This document shows positions 36,568 to 47,101 of a DNA stretch of 64,000 bases, piece after piece. Under the pieces are notes generated by a model. That model saw nothing but the letters and a program-made list of their open reading frames with translations, had not been told where the DNA came from and searched no databases. Where the stretch lies: the NCBI GenBank assembly GCA_045598285.1, contig JAZLLU010000018.1:1832-65831 (forward strand), written 5' to 3'. Position 1 is the stretch's first letter. Every line of letters begins with the position of its first letter. This DNA is from Lachnospiraceae bacterium (GTDB lineage: Bacteria; Bacillota; Clostridia; Lachnospirales; Lachnospiraceae). Made by a program: the position numbers and the translations under genes.

Positions 36568-37998
36568 ATGGAAGAAACATTAGAACTAAAAAAGAAAAAT
36601 CCGTTAGGAACGGCATCAGTTAATTCACTTATTGCAAAATTCGCAATACCTAGTATTGTGGCTATGCTTGTTATGGCTTGCTATAACCTAGTTGACCAAA
36701 TTTTTATTGGAAATGTTATAGGTGAGCTTGGAAACGCCGCAACGAATATTGCTTATCCACTTACAAATGCATGCGTAGCAATAGGACTTATGTTTGGTAT
36801 AGGTGGAGCTTCGGCATTTAATCTAAAAATGGGTGCGGGAGAAAAAGACAAGGCGCCATACTTTTTTGGTAATGCAGTAACGATGCTTGTAATTTGCGGA
36901 ATCGCACTTTTGATTATTACAGAAGTTTTGTTAAAGCCAATTATGATTTTGTTTGGCTCACCAGAATCAGTGCTTCCTTACGCAATGGACTATACAAAAG
37001 TTGTTGCGATAGGATTCCCGTTCTATACATTCTCATGTGGCGCATCGCATTTGCTTAGAGCAGATGGCAGACCAAATGTTCCTATGTATTGCAACATCTT
37101 AGGAGCAGTTTTAAATATTGGCTTAGATGCATGGTTTATTATTGGCCTTGGTTGGGGAATGAAAGGCGCAGCATGGGCAACAATTATTGGACAAATAATT
37201 GCAGCACTTTTATGTGCGTGGTTTATGCTTCACACAAAAACTTTCAAATTAGAATTAAAACATCTTTTGCTTAAAGGAAAGTATGCAGGAAAAGATGCAA
37301 CTTTAGGTTTAGCACCTTGTCTTAACCAAATGGCTATGATGGTCGTAACAATCGTACTAAATAATCAGCTTAAACTTTATGGCGGACAAAGTATTTATGG
37401 AGAAGAAATACCAATCGCATGTTCCGGAATTGTTAATAAGGTTGGATCGATTTTCATGGGTATGGTTATTGGACTTTCCCAAGGAACACAACCTATTTGG
37501 AGTTTTAACTATGGAGCTAAGAATTTTAGGAGAGTTAAGGAAGCTTACTATAGATCTGGAATTTATGCATTCATAGTTTCTGCAACAGCGTTTATACTTT
37601 TTCAAACAATACCAGATAAAATCTTAGCATGTTTCGGAAAAGGTTCAGAACTTTATTTCGAATTTGGATCACACTATTTTAGAATTTATATGTTGCTTGT
37701 AATTGTATTCTTTATACAACTACTTAGCGCAAACTTCTTTACATCAATAGGAAAACCGGGAAAAGGTGTATTCCTATCACTTACAAGACAGGTTATTTAT
37801 TTAATACCTTTATACATAATCTTTCCAATCTTTTGGGGAGTTGAAGGAATTCTTTATGCGCAACCATGTGCAGATGTTATTGCAATCACAACGGCAATAA
37901 TTATGATAGCTGTTGAATTTAAAAAATCAGAATTTAAAAATGAAAAGAAAGTTTTCATTGAAATATTTAAGAAGAAATCAAAAGAAACAAATATATAA
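36568..37998 (+). CDS. MATE-family efflux transporter
   Basis: About 12 TM segments. The typical MATE N-terminus is PSIVAMLVMACYNLVDQIFIG. ATG 36568 lies 2 nt after the upstream stop and is preferred over the ORF-track start at 36538. Confidence 0.85.
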   Translation: MEETLELKKKNPLGTASVNSLIAKFAIPSIVAMLVMACYNLVDQIFIGNVIGELGNAATNIAYPLTNACVAIGLMFGIGGASAFNLKMGAGEKDKAPYFFGNAVTMLVICGIALLIITEVLLKPIMILFGSPESVLPYAMDYTKVVAIGFPFYTFSCGASHLLRADGRPNVPMYCNILGAVLNIGLDAWFIIGLGWGMKGAAWATIIGQIIAALLCAWFMLHTKTFKLELKHLLLKGKYAGKDATLGLAPCLNQMAMMVVTIVLNNQLKLYGGQSIYGEEIPIACSGIVNKVGSIFMGMVIGLSQGTQPIWSFNYGAKNFRRVKEAYYRSGIYAFIVSATAFILFQTIPDKILACFGKGSELYFEFGSHYFRIYMLLVIVFFIQLLSANFFTSIGKPGKGVFLSLTRQVIYLIPLYIIFPIFWGVEGILYAQPCADVIAITTAIIMIAVEFKKSEFKNEKKVFIEIFKKKSKETNI

Positions 37999-38015
37999 AA
38001 AAGGAGAAGTAAGAG

Positions 38016-38447
38016 ATGAAAAAGTTTTTCAAAGAGTTTAAAGACTTCATAAACAAGGGCAGTGTTATGGATATGGCAGTTGGTATCATCGTCGGCGGTG
38101 CATTTACAGCTATCGTAAATGCGTTAGTTGATAGTATGCTTAATCCATTACTTGGTTCGCTTTTTAAAAGAGATTTTTCAAATTTAGTTGTAAATATTAA
38201 TGGTGCTGAAGTTCGCTACGGTGCATTTATTATGGCCATCATCAACTTCATTATCGTTGCATTTGTTTTGTTCTTAATACTTAAAGGAATGAACTCATTA
38301 AGAGGAGCAGGACAAAAACTTATTAAGGGTAAAAAAGGCGAAGAAGAAGGACCAACTCCAACAACAAAGATTTGTCCTTACTGTAAAACTGAAATTGCTA
38401 TTGATGCAACTAGATGCCCACATTGTACAAGTGAACTTTATAAATAG
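38016..38447 (+). CDS. mscL: large-conductance mechanosensitive channel MscL with a C-terminal CxxC...CxxC zinc-ribbon tail
   Basis: MscL core FKDFINKGSVMDMAVGIIVGGAFTAIV. The C-terminus reads KICPYCKTEIAIDATRCPHCTSEL. Confidence 0.9.
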   Translation: MKKFFKEFKDFINKGSVMDMAVGIIVGGAFTAIVNALVDSMLNPLLGSLFKRDFSNLVVNINGAEVRYGAFIMAIINFIIVAFVLFLILKGMNSLRGAGQKLIKGKKGEEEGPTPTTKICPYCKTEIAIDATRCPHCTSELYK

Positions 38448-38522
38448 CCCCCTTTACAATAGTGGCAACTTTTGATAAAATGTTACAATATTGTTACAAC
38501 GCGTAACTATTTCGTAATAATT

Positions 38523-39881
38523 ATGAGAAGAATAACAAAGTATCACAAAAGAGTTAGATTAACATTCGCGGCAGCAGCATTTATCTGCAGTTTTGTTTTG
38601 ATGCTTATGTTTAATTCTGTTGGAGGTTTTGCTAGCGAAGCAAACTTCTATATTGTTAAAGTCGGAGATAAAATTGTCGGCACAATAAATAGCAAAGAAA
38701 AAGCTGAGCAAGCTTTGGCACAAGCAAGAGCTAAAATAAGCACTGAAGCTCAATCAATAGTTTATGTTGATTCGAATTTCAGCATTGAAAAAGATTATAG
38801 ACTTTTTGGTGAGACTGATGATTATGACACATTAGAATCTAACGTATATTCTGAAATAAAAGAATTTACAGATAATAATTATACGCAAGCTATTATGATT
38901 AGTTCTAATTCATATTCTATTGCAGTTGATAGTGCTGAAACAGCTCGTCAAATTTTAGAAACGCTTGAGAGAAAATATGATCCAAATGCAGAGTATGATG
39001 TCAGCATAGTATCGAGTCAAAATGAACAATTCACAGAGTTTACTTATACAATTACCGATACACCTGCTATAGAAGAAGCAATCAAAAATTATATGATTGA
39101 ACATGAAGTTAGCCATACAGAGGCAAGTGTTAATGTTCATGAATATACTGGCATTGGTTTTTCAGAAGCATTGGAAATTAGACCTATATACACTGACAAA
39201 GCATCAATTTTTTCTGGTGAAGAGGCTGTAAATAAGGTTATAAAAGAAAATAATGGAAATATTGGAGTTGTAGTAACAAAAAGAGAAGCTTACGACGAAG
39301 AATATGAAGCCACTCCGACATACATCCAAGCAGACTACCTTTTTGAAGGACAAACAGAAGTTGCTGAGCCTGGTGTAACTGGAAAAAGAAGCTTAGTAGC
39401 TGATGTTTCTTATATGAATGGCAAAGAAGTTAAGAGAAATATTATTCATGAGACGGTTTACCAAGAAGCGGTGGCAGCAGTATTAAGAATAGGAACACTT
39501 CCAGCCCCAACGTTTGTTTTACCACTTAGAAACAGTGTATTAACTTCACCATTTGGTTATAGATGGGGAACTATCCATACAGGTAATGACTATGGAGCCG
39601 ATTTTGGAGAACCTATTTATGCTAGCTGCGCAGGAACAGTAGTAGAAGCAGTAAGAGAAGTTACAAGTGGATATGGTTATTATGTTTTAATTAAACACGA
39701 TGATCGATTTACAACGCGTTATGCGCATATGAGCGAAGTTGCGTGTGAAGTAGGTGATCATGTATCGCAATTTGAAGTAATAGGATATGTTGGTTCAACG
39801 GGTAACTCAACCGGACCTCACTGCCATTTTGAAATTATAGTAGATGGCGTATGCCACAATCCATACGAATTTCTTGAGTAA
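38523..39881 (+). CDS. M23-family metallopeptidase with a G5-like domain and an N-terminal membrane anchor
   Basis: Zn-ligand motifs HTGNDYGA and GSTGNSTGPHCHFEI. A G5-like block reads VTGKRSLVADVSYMNGKEVKRNIIHETV. ATG 38523 is preferred over TTG 38472. Confidence 0.85.
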   Translation: MRRITKYHKRVRLTFAAAAFICSFVLMLMFNSVGGFASEANFYIVKVGDKIVGTINSKEKAEQALAQARAKISTEAQSIVYVDSNFSIEKDYRLFGETDDYDTLESNVYSEIKEFTDNNYTQAIMISSNSYSIAVDSAETARQILETLERKYDPNAEYDVSIVSSQNEQFTEFTYTITDTPAIEEAIKNYMIEHEVSHTEASVNVHEYTGIGFSEALEIRPIYTDKASIFSGEEAVNKVIKENNGNIGVVVTKREAYDEEYEATPTYIQADYLFEGQTEVAEPGVTGKRSLVADVSYMNGKEVKRNIIHETVYQEAVAAVLRIGTLPAPTFVLPLRNSVLTSPFGYRWGTIHTGNDYGADFGEPIYASCAGTVVEAVREVTSGYGYYVLIKHDDRFTTRYAHMSEVACEVGDHVSQFEVIGYVGSTGNSTGPHCHFEIIVDGVCHNPYEFLE

Positions 39882-39883
39882 TA

Positions 39884-39907
39884 ATAGGGCCGAAAGGCCC
39901 TATTTTC
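39884..39907 (+). terminator. Rho-independent terminator after the M23 peptidase gene
   Basis: 8-bp stem ATAGGGCC / GGCCCTAT with a GAAA tetraloop and a T-rich tail. Confidence 0.65.
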
Positions 39908-40023
39908 ATAAGCTTTTATTCTTTACATAACCCTCAAAAATAGTTATAATTATGTGTCTGGTCTTTGGACTTGATTTTGTGATGCCATAGACTAAAAAAG
40001 CGACGTAATTTTTGGGGAAATTT

Positions 40024-41310
40024 ATGGAACAATATATAATTAAGGGAGGAACTCCGCTTAACGGCGTAGTGGATATATTTGGAGCTAAGAATGCAGCTCT
40101 GGCATTAATCCCAGCGGCAATTCTCACAGAAGAGCCGGTTATAATAAACAACCTTCCAGATGTTAGTGATATCAATGTTTTACTTGAAGCCATATCTCAA
40201 ATTGGTGCAAAGGTAGAACGTATTAGTCGTCATAAAGTTAAAATCATCGGAGCAACAGTAAATTCACATCAAGTTGATTATGATTACATAAGTAAGATTA
40301 GAGCTTCTTACTATCTTCTAGGTGCTTTACTTGGAAGATTTCATGAAGCTGAAGTTGCTATGCCAGGTGGATGTGTAATAGGTGCAAGACCGATTGATCA
40401 ACATATAAAAGGTTTTGAAGCTTTAGGTGCCAAAGTCAAATTGAATAACGGACTTATCAGTGCACATGCAGAGAAGATAAAAGGAAATCATATTTATTTC
40501 GACGTAGTAAGCGTAGGAGCAACAATAAATATTATGCTTGCAGCAGCTATGGCGGAAGGATACACAATAATAGAAAATCCAGCTAAAGAGCCACATGTCG
40601 TTGACCTTGCAAATATGCTTAACTCAATGGGCGCAAACATAAGAGGTGCTGGAACAGACGTAATAAGAATTAGGGGAGTTGAAAGACTTCACAAAACAGA
40701 ATACACAGTTATACCAGATCAAATTGAAGCGGGAACATTTATGTTTGCGGCAGCAATTAGCAAAGGCGAAGTAACAGTTAATAATGTAATACCTAAGCAC
40801 TTAGAAAGTATAACAGCTAAGTTAGTTGATATTGGATGTGAAGTAGAAGAGTTTGATGAAGCAGTTAGAGTAAAAGCTGGAGATCATATTAATCAATCTC
40901 AAGTTAAGACGCTTCCTTACCCAGGATTCCCTACAGATATGCAACCACAAATAACAGTTGCACTTTCACTTGCAAACGGAACATCAACTGTTACAGAAAG
41001 CATATTTGAAAACAGATTCAAGTATGTTTCAGAACTTGCAAGAATGGGTGGAAGAATAAAGATAGAAGGTAATACAGCAATTATCACGGGTGTAAAAAAA
41101 CTCTCTGGTGCAAAGGTAAATGCACCAGACTTAAGAGCGGGTGCAGCTTTAGTGCTTGCAGGAATTGCAGCCGAGGGAACAACAATAATTAATGATATCC
41201 ATTTCATACAACGTGGATATGAAGACTTTGAAGGAAAATTAAAAGCACTAGGTGCTGACATAGAAAAAGTTACAGTTATAGAAAATAAAGCTGACGAACA
41301 AGTAGGTTAG
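40024..41310 (+). CDS. murA: UDP-N-acetylglucosamine 1-carboxyvinyltransferase
   Basis: GAKNAALALIPAA and the catalytic Cys in PGGCVIGARPIDQH. ATG 40024 is preferred over the upstream TTG. Confidence 0.95.
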   Translation: MEQYIIKGGTPLNGVVDIFGAKNAALALIPAAILTEEPVIINNLPDVSDINVLLEAISQIGAKVERISRHKVKIIGATVNSHQVDYDYISKIRASYYLLGALLGRFHEAEVAMPGGCVIGARPIDQHIKGFEALGAKVKLNNGLISAHAEKIKGNHIYFDVVSVGATINIMLAAAMAEGYTIIENPAKEPHVVDLANMLNSMGANIRGAGTDVIRIRGVERLHKTEYTVIPDQIEAGTFMFAAAISKGEVTVNNVIPKHLESITAKLVDIGCEVEEFDEAVRVKAGDHINQSQVKTLPYPGFPTDMQPQITVALSLANGTSTVTESIFENRFKYVSELARMGGRIKIEGNTAIITGVKKLSGAKVNAPDLRAGAALVLAGIAAEGTTIINDIHFIQRGYEDFEGKLKALGADIEKVTVIENKADEQVG

Positions 41311-41326
41311 TTAGCGGAGGAGCATT

Positions 41327-42505
41327 ATGACAAAAGAAAGACGTCTTTACACATCAGAATCTGTTACAGAAGGACATCCAGATAAAATTTGTGATCAAAT
41401 TTCGGATGCGATTTTAGATGCAATTCTTTCTGAAGATTCAGAAGCTAGAGTTGCATGTGAAACGGCTACGACCACAGATTTTGTTGTTATTATGGGCGAG
41501 ATTACTACAACAGCTCAAGTAGACTATGAAAAAATAGCTAGAGATACAATCAGAAAGATTGGTTACACAGATAAAGAAATCGGATTTGATGCTGACACAG
41601 CCCAAGTCCTTGTTAAGATACATAAGCAATCTCCAGATATTGCAATGGGTGTTGATAAAGCACTTGAAACTAGAGAAGGAAGCGAAGAAGAAAATGGTGC
41701 TGGTGACCAAGGGATGATGTTTGGTTATGCTACAAATGAAACAAAAGAATTGATGCCGGCTCCGATTTGCTATGCACATAAACTTACAAAAGCTCTTTCA
41801 CAGCTTAGAAAAGATGGAACATTGCCTTATCTTAGACCAGATGGAAAAGCTCAGGTTACTGTTGAATACAACGAGGAAGGTGAAGTTGAAAGAATAGAAG
41901 CAGTTGTTTGTTCAACTCAACACACAGCAGAAGTAGATATTGAGCAAGTTAGAAAAGATATTAAGGAAAAACTTTTTGATAAAGTTCTTCCACAAAACCT
42001 AATAGATGAAAATACAAAATTCTTTATAAATCCAACAGGTCAGTTTATTATTGGTGGACCTAATGGAGATACAGGACTTACTGGAAGAAAAATTATTGTT
42101 GATACTTATGGTGGAATGGGACGTCACGGTGGCGGAGCATTTTCAGGGAAAGATCCTAGCAAGGTTGATAGAAGTGGTGCTTATGCAGCTAGATATGTTG
42201 CAAAAAATATTGTGGCAGCAGGCTTAGCAGATCAATGCGAAGTTCAAATCTCTTACGCAATAGGTGTTGCAAACCCAACTTCTATTTCGGTTGATACTTA
42301 CGGAACAGGAAAGTTAAGTTCGGCGAAATTAGTTGAAATCATTAGAGAAAACTTTGACCTTAGACCTACAGGAATAATTAAGATGTTAGACCTTAAGCGT
42401 CCGATTTATTCTCAAACGGCTTCTTATGGCCATTTTGGGAGAGACGACTTAAATCTTCCTTGGGAAAAAACAGATAAAGTAGAAACATTAAAGAAATATT
42501 TATAA
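41327..42505 (+). CDS. metK: S-adenosylmethionine synthetase
   Basis: [24 protein letters not shown]-type N-terminus (here [24 protein letters not shown]) and [12 protein letters not shown]. Confidence 0.97.
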   Translation: MTKERRLYTSESVTEGHPDKICDQISDAILDAILSEDSEARVACETATTTDFVVIMGEITTTAQVDYEKIARDTIRKIGYTDKEIGFDADTAQVLVKIHKQSPDIAMGVDKALETREGSEEENGAGDQGMMFGYATNETKELMPAPICYAHKLTKALSQLRKDGTLPYLRPDGKAQVTVEYNEEGEVERIEAVVCSTQHTAEVDIEQVRKDIKEKLFDKVLPQNLIDENTKFFINPTGQFIIGGPNGDTGLTGRKIIVDTYGGMGRHGGGAFSGKDPSKVDRSGAYAARYVAKNIVAAGLADQCEVQISYAIGVANPTSISVDTYGTGKLSSAKLVEIIRENFDLRPTGIIKMLDLKRPIYSQTASYGHFGRDDLNLPWEKTDKVETLKKYL

Positions 42506-42516
42506 AGAGGCAAAAA

Positions 42517-43956
42517 ATGGGAAAAGATAAAAAGTTAGTTGAAGATATTACTCCTATGAGCGAAGACTTTGCGCAGTGGTACACTGACGTAGTAAAAAAA
42601 GCTGAGCTTATGAGATATTCAACAGTAAAGGGATGCATGATGATTCTTCCTAATGGTTATGCTATTTGGGAAAATATTCAAAAGAACTTAGACGCTATGT
42701 TTAAGGAAACTGGCGTTGAAAATGTTTATATGCCTTTATTTATCCCTGAGAGCCTTTTGAACAAAGAAAAAGATCATGTAGAAGGTTTCGCGCCTGAGTG
42801 CGCATGGGTAACAATCGGAGGACAAGAGCAGCTTGAAGAAAAATTAGTAGTTCGTCCTACTTCCGAGACTCTTTTTTGCGACCTTTATTCTAATACAGTT
42901 CAATCTTATAGAGATCTTCCAAAACTCTATAACCAATGGTGCAGTGTAGTTCGTTGGGAAAAGACAACAAGACCTTTTCTTCGTTCATCAGAATTTTTAT
43001 GGCAAGAAGGTCATACTATTCATGCAACGGCTAAGGAGGCCGAGGAACGCACCAAGTTAATGCTTAACGTTTATGCAGATTTTTGCGAAAAATATTTAGC
43101 AATACCAATGATTAAAGGTCAAAAGACGGACAAAGAAAAATTTGCTGGCGCAGAAGCCACTTATACAATTGAAGCTTTGATGCATGATGGGAAAGCACTT
43201 CAAAGCGGAACAAGCCATAACTTTGGTGATGGTTTTGCAAAAGCTTTTGATATGACTTTTACAGATAAAGATAATACATTAAAGTACGTTCACCAAACTA
43301 GTTGGGGACTTTCTACCAGAGTAATTGGTGCCTTGATTATGGTTCATGGAGATGATTCAGGTCTTGTACTTCCGCCTATGATTGCACCAACACAGGTAAT
43401 GGTAGTTCCGATTGCACAACATAAAGAAGGCGTATTAGAAAAAGCTAATGAAATTTATGAAGCTCTTAAAACTGCAGGAATTAGAGCAAAGATCGATGAT
43501 TCTGATAAGAGTCCAGGATGGAAATTTTCTGAACAAGAAATTAAAGGAATTCCAACACGTATTGAGATTGGACCTAAAGATATTGAAGCGGGACATGTAA
43601 TTGTTTGCAGACGTGATACAAGAGAAAAGATTGAAATTAATATTGATGAGATAGTTACAAAACTTCCTGAAATCTTAGTTCAAATGCAAGCAGATATGTT
43701 AGAAAGAGCACGGATTCACAGAGACGAGCACACTTATGAAGCTAAAAATTATGAGGAATTCAAAGACATAATTGAAAACAAACCTGGCTTTGTAAAAGCG
43801 ATGTGGTGTGGTTCATTAGAGTGTGAGATGAAGATAAAAGATGACACTACTGCAACGAGCAGATGCATGCCTTTTAATCAAGAAAAGATTTCTGATACAT
43901 GTGTTTGCTGTGGCAAGAGTGCGGATAAACTTGTTTATTGGGGCAAGGCGTATTAA
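42517..43956 (+). CDS. proS: proline--tRNA ligase (archaeal/eukaryote-like type, about 479 aa)
   Basis: Class II core. It lacks the bacterial insertion domain. The C-terminal Cys cluster is followed by the terminal YWGKAY. Confidence 0.93.
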   Translation: MGKDKKLVEDITPMSEDFAQWYTDVVKKAELMRYSTVKGCMMILPNGYAIWENIQKNLDAMFKETGVENVYMPLFIPESLLNKEKDHVEGFAPECAWVTIGGQEQLEEKLVVRPTSETLFCDLYSNTVQSYRDLPKLYNQWCSVVRWEKTTRPFLRSSEFLWQEGHTIHATAKEAEERTKLMLNVYADFCEKYLAIPMIKGQKTDKEKFAGAEATYTIEALMHDGKALQSGTSHNFGDGFAKAFDMTFTDKDNTLKYVHQTSWGLSTRVIGALIMVHGDDSGLVLPPMIAPTQVMVVPIAQHKEGVLEKANEIYEALKTAGIRAKIDDSDKSPGWKFSEQEIKGIPTRIEIGPKDIEAGHVIVCRRDTREKIEINIDEIVTKLPEILVQMQADMLERARIHRDEHTYEAKNYEEFKDIIENKPGFVKAMWCGSLECEMKIKDDTTATSRCMPFNQEKISDTCVCCGKSADKLVYWGKAY

Positions 43957-43964
43957 AAAATACA

Positions 43965-45200
43965 ATGTATAAACTTAATGGCTTAAAAATCAAGGTTGCT
44001 AAACCTGTACTTGAAATCATAAAGACTCTTAATGATAACGGCTATGAGGCTTATGTTGTTGGAGGATGTGTAAGAGATTCAGTGCTGGGAAGAAAACCGG
44101 AAGATTGGGACATAACGACATCGGCTCTTCCTTTACAAGTGAAGAGCTTGTTTTCTAGTTGCGTAGATACAGGAATCGAGCACGGAACGGTTATGGTTAT
44201 AAAAAAGGGTGTTGGATATGAAGTAACTACGTATAGAGTTGATGGCGAATATAAAGATGGACGTCATCCGGAGAATGTAAGTTTTACAAGAAATTTAAAA
44301 GAAGATTTAAAACGTAGAGATTTCACAATAAATGCTTTTGCTTACAATAAAAAAGATGGCGTTATTGATTTGTTTGATGGCATCACAGACTTGAATAATA
44401 AAATAATAAGAGCAGTTGGAAATCCTGATGAACGTTTCAAAGAAGATGCACTTAGAATAATGAGGGCAGTAAGGTTTGCTGCACAGTTAGGATTTTCTAT
44501 AGAAGAAAATACTTATAATGCAATAAAAAGACATGCAAAAAATCTTGCGAATATCAGTGCTGAGCGAATTAGAGTTGAATTTGAAAAAACTTTAATGAGT
44601 AAAAATCCCAAGATGATTAATCTTTATAAAGAATTAAAAATGGAAAGTTTTGTTGTGCCAGAAGTTTTTGATGCATGTTTTGATGAAAGTAAAGATAACC
44701 TTTATAAAAAGTTTGATGAAAAAAATCAAGATTCAAAATATTTAAGATTAGCAACTTTCTTTGAAAATGTTGACAGTGAAAAGCTTGGCGATGTTTTAAG
44801 GAAAATGACATATGATAATAAAACCAAAGCATTAGTTTGCGGGTTGGTAAAGAATAAAGATTTCAATCTTGAAACTGATAGAGTAAAGATAAAATGGGCG
44901 ATGCATGATATGGGAAAGGAACTTTTTAAGCTTTTCGTGCAATATCAAAAGGCAAAAGGTAAGACAGAGTTTAAACAAATTGAAGCGATAGCCTGCGAAA
45001 TAGAAAAGAAGAATGAGCCTTACGAAATAGCACATCTTGAAATCACAGGAAGGGATGTAATAGCAGCAGGAATAGAGGCAGGAGAAGAAGTTGGAAAAAC
45101 TTTAGAAAAACTTTTGGCACATGTAATAGAAAATCCAAAAGACAATAAAAAAGAAAAACTATTAGCACAAATATATAATAAAAGTTCCGAGCGCGAGTAG
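43965..45200 (+). CDS. cca: CCA tRNA nucleotidyltransferase
   Basis: GGCVRD head motif and RRDFTINAFAY. ATG 43965 is preferred over the ORF-track TTG at 43938. The last codons (..SSERE-stop) lie inside repeat copy 2. Confidence 0.85.
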   Translation: MYKLNGLKIKVAKPVLEIIKTLNDNGYEAYVVGGCVRDSVLGRKPEDWDITTSALPLQVKSLFSSCVDTGIEHGTVMVIKKGVGYEVTTYRVDGEYKDGRHPENVSFTRNLKEDLKRRDFTINAFAYNKKDGVIDLFDGITDLNNKIIRAVGNPDERFKEDALRIMRAVRFAAQLGFSIEENTYNAIKRHAKNLANISAERIRVEFEKTLMSKNPKMINLYKELKMESFVVPEVFDACFDESKDNLYKKFDEKNQDSKYLRLATFFENVDSEKLGDVLRKMTYDNKTKALVCGLVKNKDFNLETDRVKIKWAMHDMGKELFKLFVQYQKAKGKTEFKQIEAIACEIEKKNEPYEIAHLEITGRDVIAAGIEAGEEVGKTLEKLLAHVIENPKDNKKEKLLAQIYNKSSERE

Positions 45201-45281
45201 GAAGGCACCATACGAGCAGGAGGGACTCTTTTAGGGGAGATACCTGCGAAGTATGGGAGATGTCCTACGAAAGCGAGGTGC
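45184..45281 (-). repeat. GC-rich imperfect-palindrome interspersed element, copy 2 (inverted orientation)
   Basis: The reverse complement aligns with copy 1 across CGTAGGACATCTCCCATACTTCGCAGGT ... CTGCTCGTATGGTGCC.TCCTACTCGCGCTCGGAAC. The apical segment differs. It overlaps the cca stop codon and ends 14 nt before the ATG at 45296. Confidence 0.85.
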
Positions 45282-45295
45282 GTAGGAGAAAAAGT

Positions 45296-46978
45296 ATGGA
45301 TTACAAAGAAACTTATAATCAATGGCTTAGCGATCCGAATATCGACGAAAAAACAAAAAAAGAATTAAGAAGCATCGAAGGAAACGAGGCTGAAATTGAA
45401 GATCGTTTTTATAAGGAACTTGAGTTTGGCACTGGTGGTTTAAGGGGCATTATTGGTGCAGGAACAAACCGAATGAATATTTATACCGTTGCAAAAGCAA
45501 CTCAAGGACTTGCTGATTACATTAACAAGGTAAAAACGGAAGAGACTCCTAGCGTGGTTATAGCTTGCGACAGCCGAAATATGTCGGATAAGTTTTCAAA
45601 AATTACAGCTTCTGTTTTGAATGCTAATAGAATAAAAACTTTTGTTTATGAAAGCTTAAGACCAACACCTCAGCTTAGTTTTAGCGTTAGACATCTAGGT
45701 TGCATTGCTGGCGTAAATGTAACTGCAAGCCATAACGCAGCGGAGTACAACGGATACAAAGTTTTTTGGGAAGATGGAGCGCAAGTTACGCCGCCACATG
45801 ATGAGGAGATATTAAAGTGCGTTAGCGCGGTGACTAATCTTTCGAATCCTAAACTTATGTCTAAAGATGAAGCGATAGAAAAAGGACTTTATGTTGAGAT
45901 TGGAAAAGAAGTCGATGAAGTTTATTTAGATACAATTTCAAAAGTTGTAAAAGAGCCTGAACTTGTACGTAAGATGGCAAAAGATATTGTTATTGCTTAT
46001 ACGCCGCTTCACGGAGCAGGAATAAAAATTGTTCCTGAAATTCTAGGGCGTTTTGGGTTTGCAAATTTGCATATTGTAAAAGAACAGGCCGAGCCTGACG
46101 GTAATTTCCCAACAGTTGATTTCCCAAACCCTGAGATGCCATCAGCATTTAAGTTGGCAGATGAATTGGGCCAAAAAATTAAAGCAGATTTAATTATAGC
46201 AACTGACCCGGATTCAGATAGAATTGGAGCACATGTTGTGGATGGCGAAGGAAATTATCACGCACTTAGTGGAAATCTTTTTGGATGCTTTATGTGCGAA
46301 TATATTCTTTTAAGACTTAAAGAACAAGATAAACTTCCTATAAATGGATACGTAATAAAATCAATAGTTTCAAGCAAATTGTATGATAGAATTGCAGAAG
46401 CGTACGATGTAGAAGTTCGCAACGTTCTTACGGGATTTAAGCATATTGGAGCTGAAATATTAAGGTCCGAAATAAATCATGATGGAACATATCTTTTTGG
46501 TTTTGAGGAAAGTTATGGATTCTTGCCGGGAACATACGCTAGAGATAAAGATGCATGTGCCACAGCGCTTCTACTTTGCGAGATGGCTACATTTTATAAA
46601 TCAAAAGGTCAAACTTTGTGGGATGGCATTTTAGCGATGTATGAAAAGTATGGCTATGAAGAAGAAAAAACTGTATCTATTACAAAAAAAGGTATAGATG
46701 GCATGAATGAAATAAAACAGGATATGGAAAACTTAAGAAAAAATCCGCCAAAGAACTTTGGTCATTTTGAAGTCAGAGAAATTATAGATTATAATGAATT
46801 TGAAAAAACAAACATGCCAAAATCAAATGTACTATATTACAAGCTTGATGATGCATGGGTTTGCGTTAGACCTTCAGGCACTGAGCCAAAGATTAAATAT
46901 TATATTGGCGTAAGCGCCAAAACCCCTGAAGAAGCAAAAAATAAGATTAATGAATTAGAGAAAAATTTTGTAGGTTAA
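45296..46978 (+). CDS. phosphoglucomutase/phosphomannomutase-family phosphosugar mutase
   Basis: Phosphoserine loop TASHNAAEYNGYKV, metal loop DPDSDR, and a C-terminal RPSGTEPKIK. ATG 45296 (AGGAGA Shine-Dalgarno) is preferred over ATG 45260, which lies inside the repeat. Confidence 0.85.
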   Translation: MDYKETYNQWLSDPNIDEKTKKELRSIEGNEAEIEDRFYKELEFGTGGLRGIIGAGTNRMNIYTVAKATQGLADYINKVKTEETPSVVIACDSRNMSDKFSKITASVLNANRIKTFVYESLRPTPQLSFSVRHLGCIAGVNVTASHNAAEYNGYKVFWEDGAQVTPPHDEEILKCVSAVTNLSNPKLMSKDEAIEKGLYVEIGKEVDEVYLDTISKVVKEPELVRKMAKDIVIAYTPLHGAGIKIVPEILGRFGFANLHIVKEQAEPDGNFPTVDFPNPEMPSAFKLADELGQKIKADLIIATDPDSDRIGAHVVDGEGNYHALSGNLFGCFMCEYILLRLKEQDKLPINGYVIKSIVSSKLYDRIAEAYDVEVRNVLTGFKHIGAEILRSEINHDGTYLFGFEESYGFLPGTYARDKDACATALLLCEMATFYKSKGQTLWDGILAMYEKYGYEEEKTVSITKKGIDGMNEIKQDMENLRKNPPKNFGHFEVREIIDYNEFEKTNMPKSNVLYYKLDDAWVCVRPSGTEPKIKYYIGVSAKTPEEAKNKINELEKNFVG

Positions 46979-46984
46979 TTAACT

Positions 46985-47079
46985 GTTCCGTGCTCCCGTA
47001 GGACACCTCCCATACTTCGCAGGTGCCCCCCCAAAAAGGGTCCCCCCTGCTCGCAGGGTGCCCTCCTACTCGCGCACGG
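46985..47079 (+). repeat. GC-rich imperfect-palindrome interspersed element, copy 3
   Basis: Same core as copy 1: GTTCCGTGCTCCCGTAGGACACCTCCCATACTTCGCAGGTGCCCCCCCAAAAAGGGTCCCCCCTGCTCGCAGGGTGCCCTCCTACTCGCGCACGG. It starts 6 nt after the mutase stop and ends 22 nt before the next ATG. Confidence 0.85.
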
Positions 47080-47101
47080 CTCTAGCAAATAGGAGGTTAC
47101 A

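Noticed and set aside
41311-43964. I looked for a SAM (S-box) riboswitch before metK, a T-box before proS, and leaders before cca or the aro operon.
   Set aside because: The intergenic gaps are only 16, 11 and 8 nt (murA-metK-proS-cca), and 11 nt before the DAHP synthase gene. There is no room for such leaders, so these genes appear to be read through from upstream promoters.
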